Source: Klebsiella phage vB_KpnM_VPA32
Sequence record: OP558005.1
DNA length: 64,000 nt
Reading direction: 5' to 3' (one strand)
Every line of letters starts with the position of its first letter. Positions within the stretch are counted from its first letter, which is position 1. The translations under genes and the position numbers were made by a program. The notes beneath the pieces were generated by a model. That model worked only from the letters and a program-made list of their open reading frames with translations. It made no database searches and was not told the DNA's origin. Below are positions 8,358 to 16,191 of the stretch, piece after piece.

Positions 8358-8999
8358 TTACTTAGCTTCTTTCTTTTGAAGAACTTTCGCACGTTCTACT
8401 ACGCGGTGAGCTGTAGCCATATAATCACGAACTTCTTTTCTAAGAGATGAAGTATAAGCGGCTGTTTCTACTGAAGTGTACAAATCCATTAACTCAGGCG
8501 TGTCAATGTTGCTGATGTTGCGGCCTCGACGGATTTTAGAAAACTGAGTTTTGAGAACAGCACCTTCTTTTGCGATTTCGTCTAAAAGAGCTAAAATTTT
8601 CTCATACTTACTCACAATTCCTTTGACATTAAAGTCATACAGACCTTTGTCGACCTTAGGAGCTGGAGCTGCTTTTTGTGTTTGTACCGGAGCAACAGGC
8701 TTAACTACCGGCGTAACTTTAGGTGCAGGAGCTGCTTTAGCTTCTTTTGGTGCTTTAGCAGGAGATTTAATTCCTCTTAAAGAGTTGAAAGCATTTTGCA
8801 CTTTATAATATTCTTGCTGTTTTGTAGTGTCGATGCCATAAAGTTTTTTCGCTACAGCAGCAAATTTCATGAAGTCGTTGCGCTCTCCTGGCGGAACTAA
8901 ATCCATAGCACTCTGCCATTTCATTTTAGTCATACGTTCGCCAGCTTCGGTAATCATGTCAGAGTCTGACTCTGCAATAAATTGTTTAAAATTAAGCAT
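8358..8999 (-). CDS. internal head protein (ipIII-like) with capsid-targeting sequence MLNFKQFIAE and a Pro/Ala/Lys-rich linker
   Basis: N-terminus matches the T4 IP capsid-targeting consensus (xxxFIAE cleavage by gp21); 213 aa versus T4 IPIII 194 aa; a rho-independent terminator follows. Confidence 0.6.
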   Translation of the reverse strand: MLNFKQFIAESDSDMITEAGERMTKMKWQSAMDLVPPGERNDFMKFAAVAKKLYGIDTTKQQEYYKVQNAFNSLRGIKSPAKAPKEAKAAPAPKVTPVVKPVAPVQTQKAAPAPKVDKGLYDFNVKGIVSKYEKILALLDEIAKEGAVLKTQFSKIRRGRNISNIDTPELMDLYTSVETAAYTSSLRKEVRDYMATAHRVVERAKVLQKKEAK

Positions 9000-9269
9000 A
9001 ATAGTGTTCCATGTTGGTTTATTATTGTATTTATATGCAACAACGCCCCGTCCGAAGACAGGGCGTAAGAATCAACAGCACCACCTACTGGCAGATGGCC
9101 TGCAGAAGTTCGTTCCCAGCGACTCGGAGGCATCAGTCTCGCCACTGGGAATATAGCGTCATGGAGGTTATGCTTGCGACAGGGAACAACCGGCTAGCGG
9201 CAATGGACGAACCATTCTCTTCTAGCATGACGTCTCAACTAAGGATATACGCAAGTTTCCCTTAGAATT

Positions 9270-9345
9270 TGGTGCCGGTTAACGGATTCGAACCGCTGAC
9301 CCTCTCATTACAAATGAGCTGCTCTACCAACTGAGCTAAACCGGC
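9270..9345 (-). tRNA. tRNA-Thr (anticodon UGU), CCA encoded
   Basis: Cloverleaf drawn by hand; GGTTCGAATCC T-loop; anticodon loop TTTGTAA; resembles T4 tRNA-Thr. Confidence 0.8.
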
Positions 9346-9346
9346 T

Positions 9347-9431
9347 TGGTGCATCAAGTGGGATTCGAACCCACAATCCAAAAGGCGCAGCATTTTAAGT
9401 GCTGTGTGTATACCAGTTCCACCATTGATGC
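9347..9431 (-). tRNA. tRNA-Leu (UAA), class II
   Basis: Anticodon loop CTTAAAA; long variable arm; similar to T4 tRNA-Leu. Confidence 0.8.
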
Positions 9432-9437
9432 GAAATT

Positions 9438-9522
9438 TGGAGCTAGGAGTGAGATTCGAACTCACGAAGGGATACCCGGCGGATTTGCAATCCGCTGCCT
9501 TTGGCCACTCAGCAACCCTAGC
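9438..9522 (-). tRNA. class II tRNA (long variable arm) with anticodon read as GCA; identity uncertain
   Basis: Acceptor GCTAGGG/TCCTAGC, T-arm GTGAG-TTCGAAT-CTCAC, anticodon arm GCGGA-TTGCAAA-TCCGC. Confidence 0.55.
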
Positions 9523-9526
9523 AAAT

Positions 9527-9604
9527 TGGTCGAGGTAGAGGGATTCGAACCCGTCGACCTGTGGATTAGAAGTCCACTGCTCTATCCAGCTGAGCTATAC
9601 CCCG
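9527..9604 (-). tRNA. tRNA-Arg (UCU)
   Basis: Anticodon loop CTTCTAA; standard cloverleaf. Confidence 0.8.
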
Positions 9605-9690
9605 AGTGTGTTCAGACAGGACTCGAACCTGTAAGCATGTTCTTGCGGCGTTTTACCACCGTCGTCAGCATATGATTCAATATGCGAACT
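9605..9690 (-). ncRNA. tRNA-like element / possible degenerate tRNA or small stable RNA (T-arm ACAGG-TTCGAGT-CCTGT present, acceptor imperfect)
   Basis: T-loop motif without a clean cloverleaf; it occupies the position where T4 carries rnaC/rnaD next to tRNA-Arg. Confidence 0.3.
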
Positions 9691-9744
9691 CAAAAGGTGT
9701 TGGACCCCTTGTCTACCAATTCCAGCACTGAACAACTTTATTTA

Positions 9745-9969
9745 TTACATATCAACTTGAGTAAACCAGTTGATTTTGAAATACTCATCAAAATGAAGAG
9801 CAGGTTCAACTTGAGTATCTTCCTCAAGAAGAATTAAATTCTTTCTTACAATCGGGTCAAGATGAGTTGTGTTTAAGCAGCTATCATGCCAATATGTAAG
9901 AACTCGATTTGATTCAGTATCAACGAGATAACGAACATTCATATCAGGATGTCGATACAGATTAATCAT
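9745..9969 (-). CDS. hypothetical protein
   Basis: 74-aa ORF with ATG. Confidence 0.5.
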   Translation of the reverse strand: MINLYRHPDMNVRYLVDTESNRVLTYWHDSCLNTTHLDPIVRKNLILLEEDTQVEPALHFDEYFKINWFTQVDM

Positions 9970-9972
9970 AAT

Positions 9973-10422
9973 CTATTTCTCTTGAAGCATTTTGCGTAAA
10001 CGATAGAGCTGATTACAAAATTCCTTTTCAGTCAAAACTGTTTCAGAGATTTTGTTCTTGCCCATACTATGAGTTAATGTTGCGTTACGAGTAGCAATCA
10101 ATGCTTTTTGGAATCCAGTGTTTTGAGCAAGTGCGTCATAAGCTCCAGTTAAAAGATTCTGGTATGCTTCAGATGCTCGATGAATAGGAACACCCTTCCA
10201 GTAAAGCGTTTGAGTAGGCCACCAACGTTTCTTCTTGCCTTTAAACTTTGCTGCCTTTCCAACCAAGGTGCAAACATGAGCTTGCATTTCAGGGTTAGAA
10301 AATTTGAGGGATTGTAAAAATCCCTCCATTGAAGCGCATTCTACACCGTCATAAACGAAAGCATGTGGTGCAAAGTTACTTAAAGCACAAGAAGGATATG
10401 AACTTCCAGAGCCAATGTCCAT
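9973..10422 (-). CDS. NADAR (YbiA/DUF1768) family protein, putative ADP-ribose / ADP-ribosyl-DNA glycohydrolase
   Basis: Motifs YPSCALSNFAPHAF, EGFLQSLKF, and the C-terminal THSMGKNKISETVLTEKEFCNQLYRLR match NADAR family signatures. Confidence 0.7.
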   Translation of the reverse strand: MDIGSGSSYPSCALSNFAPHAFVYDGVECASMEGFLQSLKFSNPEMQAHVCTLVGKAAKFKGKKKRWWPTQTLYWKGVPIHRASEAYQNLLTGAYDALAQNTGFQKALIATRNATLTHSMGKNKISETVLTEKEFCNQLYRLRKMLQEK

Positions 10423-10653
10423 TTAATTACCGTGAGATATTCTAGAAGGTTTCTTATCAAAATAATATTCATACGAGCCATCTAAACGACCTGCTTTAGT
10501 ACGGCAATATGAATCCCATTTCTTATAATGCCGCCATTCATCATTATATCTTGGATGACGGTCAGCGATTAAAATCTCTAATGGCCAACCAGGCGCAAAG
10601 GAACGGAGCCGTTCGACCTTTTTAATGTATCTTTTCTTTAAGATTTTCTTCAT
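10423..10653 (-). CDS. hypothetical basic protein
   Basis: 76-aa ORF with ATG. Confidence 0.5.
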   Translation of the reverse strand: MKKILKKRYIKKVERLRSFAPGWPLEILIADRHPRYNDEWRHYKKWDSYCRTKAGRLDGSYEYYFDKKPSRISHGN

Positions 10654-10871
10654 ATAGATTCCGACATTACGTGAGTAGTTCTCTTTCTGATTGTAAATTG
10701 AGTTAATTCATCAACTTCACCACAACGCCAAGCATCATCTTCAGTTTCAAAACCAAGAGCCTCAAATAGGTCACCTAGACGCCAACCTTCGTCAAACTCG
10801 GGGTCTCCTGAAAAATAGTAATAGTAATCACCAGTTACTAAATCTTGAATTACAAAATCAAACTTTTCCAT
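10650..10871 (-). CDS. hypothetical strongly acidic protein
   Basis: 73 aa, about 25% D/E. Confidence 0.5.
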   Translation of the reverse strand: MEKFDFVIQDLVTGDYYYYFSGDPEFDEGWRLGDLFEALGFETEDDAWRCGEVDELTQFTIRKRTTHVMSESI

Positions 10872-11368
10872 CAGATACTTACCACAGTAATAGCTTCAGG
10901 AGCTTTAGGAATAACGATATCTTCTTCGATGTAGAAGAGCTTAAATGTTTCAGCTACACGCATGAAGTCAATATCATAACCAACTGGAGTTCCAATCAAT
11001 TCCTGAATCTTATCCATCACTTTATACTGGACTTGATAAAAATCTTCAAGACGAGCATCGAATTCATCTTCAGTATAATCACCTTCTGGGATTACAAAGC
11101 CAAGCACTTCTGAACAGAACTCTGGAGTGATTTCTTCATTTTCAACACAGTATTCAAAGAAAGCATCACCGGAATAATCTTCATTACCCATTCCATTAGG
11201 GTCTGAATTATCAGATGCAAAACATTTAGCAACGGCACACCAACCTGGAATGTGTCTAGCATTTACAGCATAAATCACATTTTCTTGATAATCATCTCCG
11301 TCGTTTTCCCATGATACACACGATACAGCATAGCCTTTAGGGATAGTTTGACCAAAGCGGAGTTCCAT
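10871..11368 (-). CDS. hypothetical strongly acidic protein (about 25% D/E, very few K/R), DNA-mimic candidate
   Basis: 165 aa; residue composition; ATGA coupling with the downstream ORF. Confidence 0.55.
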   Translation of the reverse strand: MELRFGQTIPKGYAVSCVSWENDGDDYQENVIYAVNARHIPGWCAVAKCFASDNSDPNGMGNEDYSGDAFFEYCVENEEITPEFCSEVLGFVIPEGDYTEDEFDARLEDFYQVQYKVMDKIQELIGTPVGYDIDFMRVAETFKLFYIEEDIVIPKAPEAITVVSI

Positions 11369-11378
11369 AATATTTCCT

Positions 11379-11753
11379 TCAATTAAATGGTGGAAGTGGT
11401 TTCATATACAAATCTATCAACATTCTCCATTTAGCAATTACTTTAGAATACGGAGATTTATGAGAGAATTGCGAAATGTCAGAATAATCAAGTTCAGGCA
11501 GTGGAGTTAAATGACCCATCAGCTCACGAGGAAATTGATGAAAACAATTCATCAAATCTTTGTAAACATAATCAAGTAAGTCTTTAACATCAAAGAATTG
11601 GGTATTTAGTCCTTCTTTGGAATAACGATATTTCAGAAATTTCCAATGGCCAGACTTAGAATCTTGAGTAAACGCGTAATCACTATGAAGCATGATATCG
11701 CGAACAAAATCTTCAGAAAAGAAGATGGAGTGAGTGCAACCATAATAAATCAT
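11379..11753 (-). CDS. hypothetical protein
   Basis: The track ORF extends with a TTG start into the tRNA at 11772-11848; the internal ATG (MIYYGC) at about 11753 is preferred. Confidence 0.45.
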   Translation of the reverse strand: MIYYGCTHSIFFSEDFVRDIMLHSDYAFTQDSKSGHWKFLKYRYSKEGLNTQFFDVKDLLDYVYKDLMNCFHQFPRELMGHLTPLPELDYSDISQFSHKSPYSKVIAKWRMLIDLYMKPLPPFN

Positions 11754-11771
11754 AATATTTTCCTCAGAATT

Positions 11772-11848
11772 TGGTGACCCCAGCAGGACTCGAACCTGCA
11801 ACCTAGCGATTATGAGTCGCGTGCTCTAACCAATTGAGCTATAGGGCC
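11772..11848 (-). tRNA. tRNA with CAU anticodon, most similar to T4 tRNA-Ile (CAU, lysidine-type; reads AUA)
   Basis: GGCCCTATAGCTCAATTGGTTAGAGCA...CTCATAA...GGTTCGAGTCC is near-identical to T4 tRNA-Ile. Confidence 0.8.
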
Positions 11849-11875
11849 AAAGTCCTCCTAAGAGGACCGAGGGTA

Positions 11876-12100
11876 TTATTCAACCATGAAATCTGCTACT
11901 TCATCAAAGTCGTTATTGATGACAACAGTAAATGGCAGAGCTTCATCACTTGTTTTGATAGTCAGCTTAACAAAACCATCAACAGTTTCAACCAAACCAA
12001 CGATTTTATCTGAACGCACTACAGCACGAGCTACGTCAACAATTTTGCCAGTCATTGCAAATGTAGCGATTTGGTTAACTTCAACAACGATACGTTTCAT
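11876..12100 (-). CDS. hypothetical protein
   Basis: 74-aa ORF with ATG, upstream of the isolated tRNA. Confidence 0.5.
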   Translation of the reverse strand: MKRIVVEVNQIATFAMTGKIVDVARAVVRSDKIVGLVETVDGFVKLTIKTSDEALPFTVVINNDFDEVADFMVE

Positions 12101-12159
12101 TCTTTTTCCTTAGTGGTTTTGATAAGGTAATTATATACTGAATTTTTAAAGCGTTTTCA

Positions 12160-12195
12160 CTAAAAAGCCCCGTAACAGATTTCTCTGTCCGGGGC
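12160..12195 (-). terminator. rho-independent terminator (minus strand) at the distal end of the tRNA cluster
   Basis: On the minus strand, GCCCCGGACAG..CTGTTACGGGGC followed by TTTTT. Confidence 0.5.
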
Positions 12196-12201
12196 GTCAT
12201 T

Positions 12202-12276
12202 TGGTGGGAAGTGTTGGAATCGAACCAACCTCTCATGCTCTTCAGGCACGCGCTAATCCATCTCAGCTAACTTCCC
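12202..12276 (-). tRNA. tRNA-Phe (GAA)
   Basis: Anticodon loop CTGAAGA at positions 32-38; canonical numbering fits. Confidence 0.75.
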
Positions 12277-12279
12277 AAT

Positions 12280-12356
12280 TGGTCGGTGCGGCAGGATTTG
12301 AACCTGCGACCCCTTGGTCCCAAACCAAGTGCTCTACCAAACTGAGCTACACACCG
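12280..12356 (-). tRNA. tRNA-Pro (UGG)
   Basis: Anticodon arm CTTGG-TTTGGGA-CCAAG. Confidence 0.8.
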
Positions 12357-12362
12357 TTAATT

Positions 12363-12437
12363 TGGAGCATCCAGAGAGAATCGAACTCTCCTCCGTTGGG
12401 TGGAAACCAACTATAATAGCCGCTATACGATGGATGC
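12363..12437 (-). tRNA. tRNA-Gly (UCC)
   Basis: Anticodon arm GTTGG-TTTCCAC-CCAAC. Confidence 0.8.
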
Positions 12438-12440
12438 ATT

Positions 12441-12560
12441 TGTACGGAACGCCAGGATTCGAACCTGGTTACAAAGTAGTTGACGCTACATTGCATTTTT
12501 CAAAGGCCGTCATCTTTCTATGTCAAAGGAGCAGCGTCAACTACTTTATCCTTAGACACA
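12441..12560 (-). ncRNA. tRNA-like element: a consensus T-arm (CCAGG-TTCGAAT-CCTGG) fused to a 15-bp perfect hairpin (AAAGTAGTTGACGCT / AGCGTCAACTACTTT)
   Basis: Inverted repeat and T-loop seen directly; no acceptor stem could be paired. Confidence 0.35.
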
Positions 12561-12586
12561 TCAGATAAGTCCTCGAACCGATTGTT

Positions 12587-12660
12587 TGGCAGGCCCCGTA
12601 GGAATCGAACCCACGTCACTGAGGTTGGAGCTCAGGGTAATACCACTATACGAGAGACCT
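12587..12660 (-). tRNA. tRNA-Trp (CCA)
   Basis: Anticodon arm CTGAG-CTCCAAC-CTCAG; acceptor has two G-U pairs. Confidence 0.7.
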
Positions 12661-12664
12661 AAAA

Positions 12665-12758
12665 TGGAGGAAGCGGTGGGATTCGAACCCACGGACCGTA
12701 TCACTACGGCCTCCGCATTTCAAGTGCGGTGCAATTAACCAGACTCTACCACGCTTCC
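12665..12758 (-). tRNA. tRNA-Ser (UGA), class II
   Basis: Anticodon arm CCGCA-CTTGAAA-TGCGG; long variable arm. Confidence 0.8.
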
Positions 12759-12766
12759 GAATTGAG

Positions 12767-12839
12767 GGTGACCGATGGGAGTTGAACCCATGACTACGAG
12801 AATCACAATCTCGAGTTCTACCAACTGAACTACGGCCAC
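12767..12839 (-). tRNA. tRNA-His (GUG), CCA not encoded
   Basis: Anticodon arm CGAGA-TTGTGAT-TCTCG; T-loop TTCAACT. Confidence 0.75.
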
Positions 12840-12945
12840 ATCAATATTTACTCCAGCAATCATGATGCCTTCACACGAAATTGAGAGAAGAGTGATCAGT
12901 TCAACCCTTGTAGACGCGTCAAGTAAATATTGATGTGACAGCTTA
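12838..12945 (-). repeat. 13-bp inverted repeat (ATCAATATTTACT ... AGTAAATATTGAT) enclosing about 80 nt with a GGGTTGAAC T-loop-like motif
   Basis: Seen directly; no ORF fits; lies between tRNA-His and tRNA-Gln. Confidence 0.35.
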
Positions 12946-13053
12946 TTTAAGAAGAGTGAGAGTCCCAGTCTTGTACGGAGTAACCATTTATGCATTGGCA
13001 GCTATCGCGCGGTTCGCACTTCCGATAAATGGACTTACCGTTACACTCTAATT

Positions 13054-13128
13054 TGGCTGGACTATCTGGATTCGAACCAGAGATACCGGAGTCAAAGGCC
13101 GGTGACTTAACCGCTTGTCTATAGTCCA
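13054..13128 (-). tRNA. tRNA-Gln (UUG)
   Basis: Anticodon loop CTTTGAC; acceptor TGGACTA/TAGTCCA. Confidence 0.7.
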
Positions 13129-13134
13129 ATTGTT

Positions 13135-13210
13135 TGGAGGCGGGTGATGGACTCGAACCATCGCGTAACGGGATATGAACCCGTCATTCTACCAACTGAA
13201 GTTAACCCGC
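13135..13210 (-). tRNA. tRNA-Met (CAU)
   Basis: Anticodon arm ACGGG-TTCATAT-CCCGT; T-arm GATGG-TTCGAGT-CCATC. Confidence 0.7.
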
Positions 13211-13368
13211 ATCTATCCGGATTCTTGAAGTACTAACAAGTAGCTTGATGTAGAACACGCTAAAGATATAATCTTCCGAATATAGAGCTTATCCCGTGGG
13301 AACAAACAGCTTCGTCCTCGGCATTATCTTATAGGACTCAAACTCATCTTCAAGAACTGCCTCGTATT

Positions 13369-13444
13369 TGGCGGACCTAACGGGATTCGAACCCGTGACT
13401 CTCGCGTGACAGGCGAGTATTTTCACCGCTGAAACTATAGGTCC
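13369..13444 (-). tRNA. tRNA-Asp (GUC)
   Basis: Anticodon arm CTCGC-CTGTCAC-GCGAG. Confidence 0.8.
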
Positions 13445-13687
13445 AAATTTACTTTCGTGAGTATGGGATTACCCTCAAGCCTTCCGGAAAGCTGAATAGG
13501 CGTTATTGGCTCTCATATACCCGTGCACAGATATAATCTTCATTAACGCAATAACTTCATCAATATACTCCGAAAGTAAACTTTCGGCGCCGTATTTAAT
13601 TTGGACTGTGTAGTTATCGTTGAGGGAACTCACAGACAGGGATTAAAGTGCCGACGACTTATCAGAACGTCTTCTGACTTCTACATT

Positions 13688-13772
13688 TGGCGGGCCGTGC
13701 AGGTATCGAACCTGCCTAGTCATTTCTGACACGGATTAACAGTCCGTCGCTTACCCTCTCAGCCAACGACCC
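13688..13772 (-). tRNA. tRNA with a class II-like extra arm (GTCA-GAAA-TGAC) and anticodon read as GUU; identity uncertain
   Basis: Acceptor GGGTCGT/ACGGCCC, anticodon arm ACGGA-CTGTTAA-TCCGT, T-arm GCAGG-TTCGATA-CCTGC. Confidence 0.55.
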
Positions 13773-13778
13773 TGAATT

Positions 13779-13853
13779 TGGTTCTCCGTAAGAGAATTGA
13801 ACTCTTCTTTCCGACGTGAAAGGCCGGCGTCCTAACCGATAGACGAACGGAGA
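13779..13853 (-). tRNA. tRNA-Glu (UUC)
   Basis: Anticodon arm CCGGC-CTTTCAC-GTCGG. Confidence 0.7.
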
Positions 13854-13854
13854 T

Positions 13855-13932
13855 TGGTAGGACGTGAGGGAGTTGAACCCATCGACATTCCGATTAAAAG
13901 TCGGATGCTCTAACCAACTGAGCTAACGTCCT
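13855..13932 (-). tRNA. tRNA-Lys (UUU)
   Basis: Anticodon arm TCCGA-CTTTTAA-TCGGA. Confidence 0.75.
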
Positions 13933-13970
13933 GTAGATATTTATAATATCAAAAATATCTTTAAGCAAAT

Positions 13971-14046
13971 TGGTGGGAATAACTGGACTCGAACCAGTGA
14001 CCTAACGATTATCGGTCGTTTGCTCTACCAACTGAGCTATATTCCC
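13971..14046 (-). tRNA. tRNA-Ile (GAU)
   Basis: Anticodon arm AACGA-CCGATAA-TCGTT. Confidence 0.8.
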
Positions 14047-14052
14047 GGAATT

Positions 14053-14140
14053 TGGTGGGGAGTGATGGAGTCGAACCACCCGAGTCGCAATGACAACAGA
14101 TTTACAGTCTGCACCGCTACCTCTACGGAATTAACTCCCC
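14053..14140 (-). tRNA. tRNA-Tyr (GUA), class II
   Basis: Anticodon arm GCAGA-CTGTAAA-TCTGT; long variable arm. Confidence 0.8.
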
Positions 14141-14145
14141 GAAAT

Positions 14146-14505
14146 TTATTTAAGAACTGTTGAGTTCATTGACTTAACCAAGAAAACTTGGTGCGGCGAA
14201 CGAAGTGAACCTTCAATAGTGCGATGTTCTGGAAAATTGGTTGAAGTCTGAAAACCAGCTACACGGTAACCTTGCTCAGTCCATCCTAAAAGGATACCAA
14301 CCATACAGCCAGAATATTTTCCGCTTTTATCCAAAGCTACAATATCACCAGGAGCAATTTCATTACCCATTGAATCAGGCTTAATCCATTGTGGAGTAAC
14401 CAGTTCTATAGGTATATTTATACCGCTTGAAAAGCTGTAATATTCGTCTGAACGTAAGCCCTGAATGCTTTTAAAGACTTTATGCCAAGTTTTGCTGATG
14501 CTCAT
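14146..14505 (-). CDS. hypothetical protein
   Basis: 119-aa ORF with ATG. Confidence 0.5.
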   Translation of the reverse strand: MSISKTWHKVFKSIQGLRSDEYYSFSSGINIPIELVTPQWIKPDSMGNEIAPGDIVALDKSGKYSGCMVGILLGWTEQGYRVAGFQTSTNFPEHRTIEGSLRSPHQVFLVKSMNSTVLK

Positions 14506-14785
14506 AATGTTCTCTCGCAGTGTTTTGGTGAATCAACGATAATTCATCGAAGATTGACTTCATTGCATTTTTCACAAAGACTTTTTCAGAAGGCTCCATC
14601 GACGTATTGTTGATGATTCTTGCCATTCGTTCTTTGAGCTTCTTTTTCCGATTCCGGACCGTCTCCTTAGAAGCGGTCCTCATGTGAGCAAGATTAGTCA
14701 TCATGTTCCGTCGATAGATTAATAATATCAAGTAGCTCTTTAAGCATTTAACCGCGTTTGTATGCGTGATGAGCCAAAATAGCAA
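14480..14785 (-). CDS. hypothetical basic protein (possibly nucleic-acid binding); the true start is probably an internal Met near 14700
   Basis: ORF; Lys/Arg-rich segment RNRKKKLKERMARI. Confidence 0.45.
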   Translation of the reverse strand: MLFWLITHTNAVKCLKSYLILLIYRRNMMTNLAHMRTASKETVRNRKKKLKERMARIINNTSMEPSEKVFVKNAMKSIFDELSLIHQNTAREHYEHQQNLA

Positions 14786-14984
14786 CTACAGCAATAGACA
14801 GTATTACACTTTTGATTGCAGTTAAAACACAACCAGTAGCAACACCAATAAGAATCCAGTCAAACTTATTCATTGGAGTGTCTGTGTCATAAGTTTTCTT
14901 AACCCATGCTTTAGCTTTGGTGAACAGTTCTTTAATTTGGTTCATTTGCAATTTTATCCATAACGAATGAAATGATACCAGCAA
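14748..14984 (-). CDS. small membrane protein (probable start MNQIKELF at about 14945)
   Basis: TM segment WILIGVATGCVLTAIKSVILSIAVVAILA. Confidence 0.5.
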   Translation of the reverse strand: MLVSFHSLWIKLQMNQIKELFTKAKAWVKKTYDTDTPMNKFDWILIGVATGCVLTAIKSVILSIAVVAILAHHAYKRG

Positions 14985-15112
14985 CGAGTGTAAGTACTAC
15001 GCTACTGATGAGTTCAGAATTTGAAAGGAACGGCCATCCGAAGATTGAAGTTCCAAGTGCTCCCAGGGTTACTACAGTAAAGATGTTTCCGATGATTTCG
15101 CAACGTTTCATT
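14942..15112 (-). CDS. small membrane protein (56 aa; MKRCEIIGNIFTVVTLGALGTSIFGWPFL...), not in the ORF track
   Basis: Hand-translated; Shine-Dalgarno AGGAG 7 nt upstream; ATGA coupling to the downstream gene; two hydrophobic segments. Confidence 0.4.
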
Positions 15113-15176
15113 TTTAATCTCCTTGTGTTGATAGGGCTATAGTATCATAGCCCTCAAGGAAAGTAAACGGCTAAAA

Positions 15177-16187
<1,011 letters not shown>

Positions 16188-16191
<4 letters not shown>

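Noticed and set aside
9346-9675. ORFs overlapping tRNA genes (9262..9465, 9346..9675, 12201..12662, 12735..12995, 12947..13129)
   Set aside because: They run through back-to-back cloverleaf tRNAs; the apparent ORFs are created by conserved tRNA sequence.
9270-14140. tRNA cluster as a prophage integration site (attP/attB)
   Set aside because: The tRNAs are phage-encoded (T4-like sequences), flanked by phage genes on both sides; there is no integrase and no direct repeats flanking the region.
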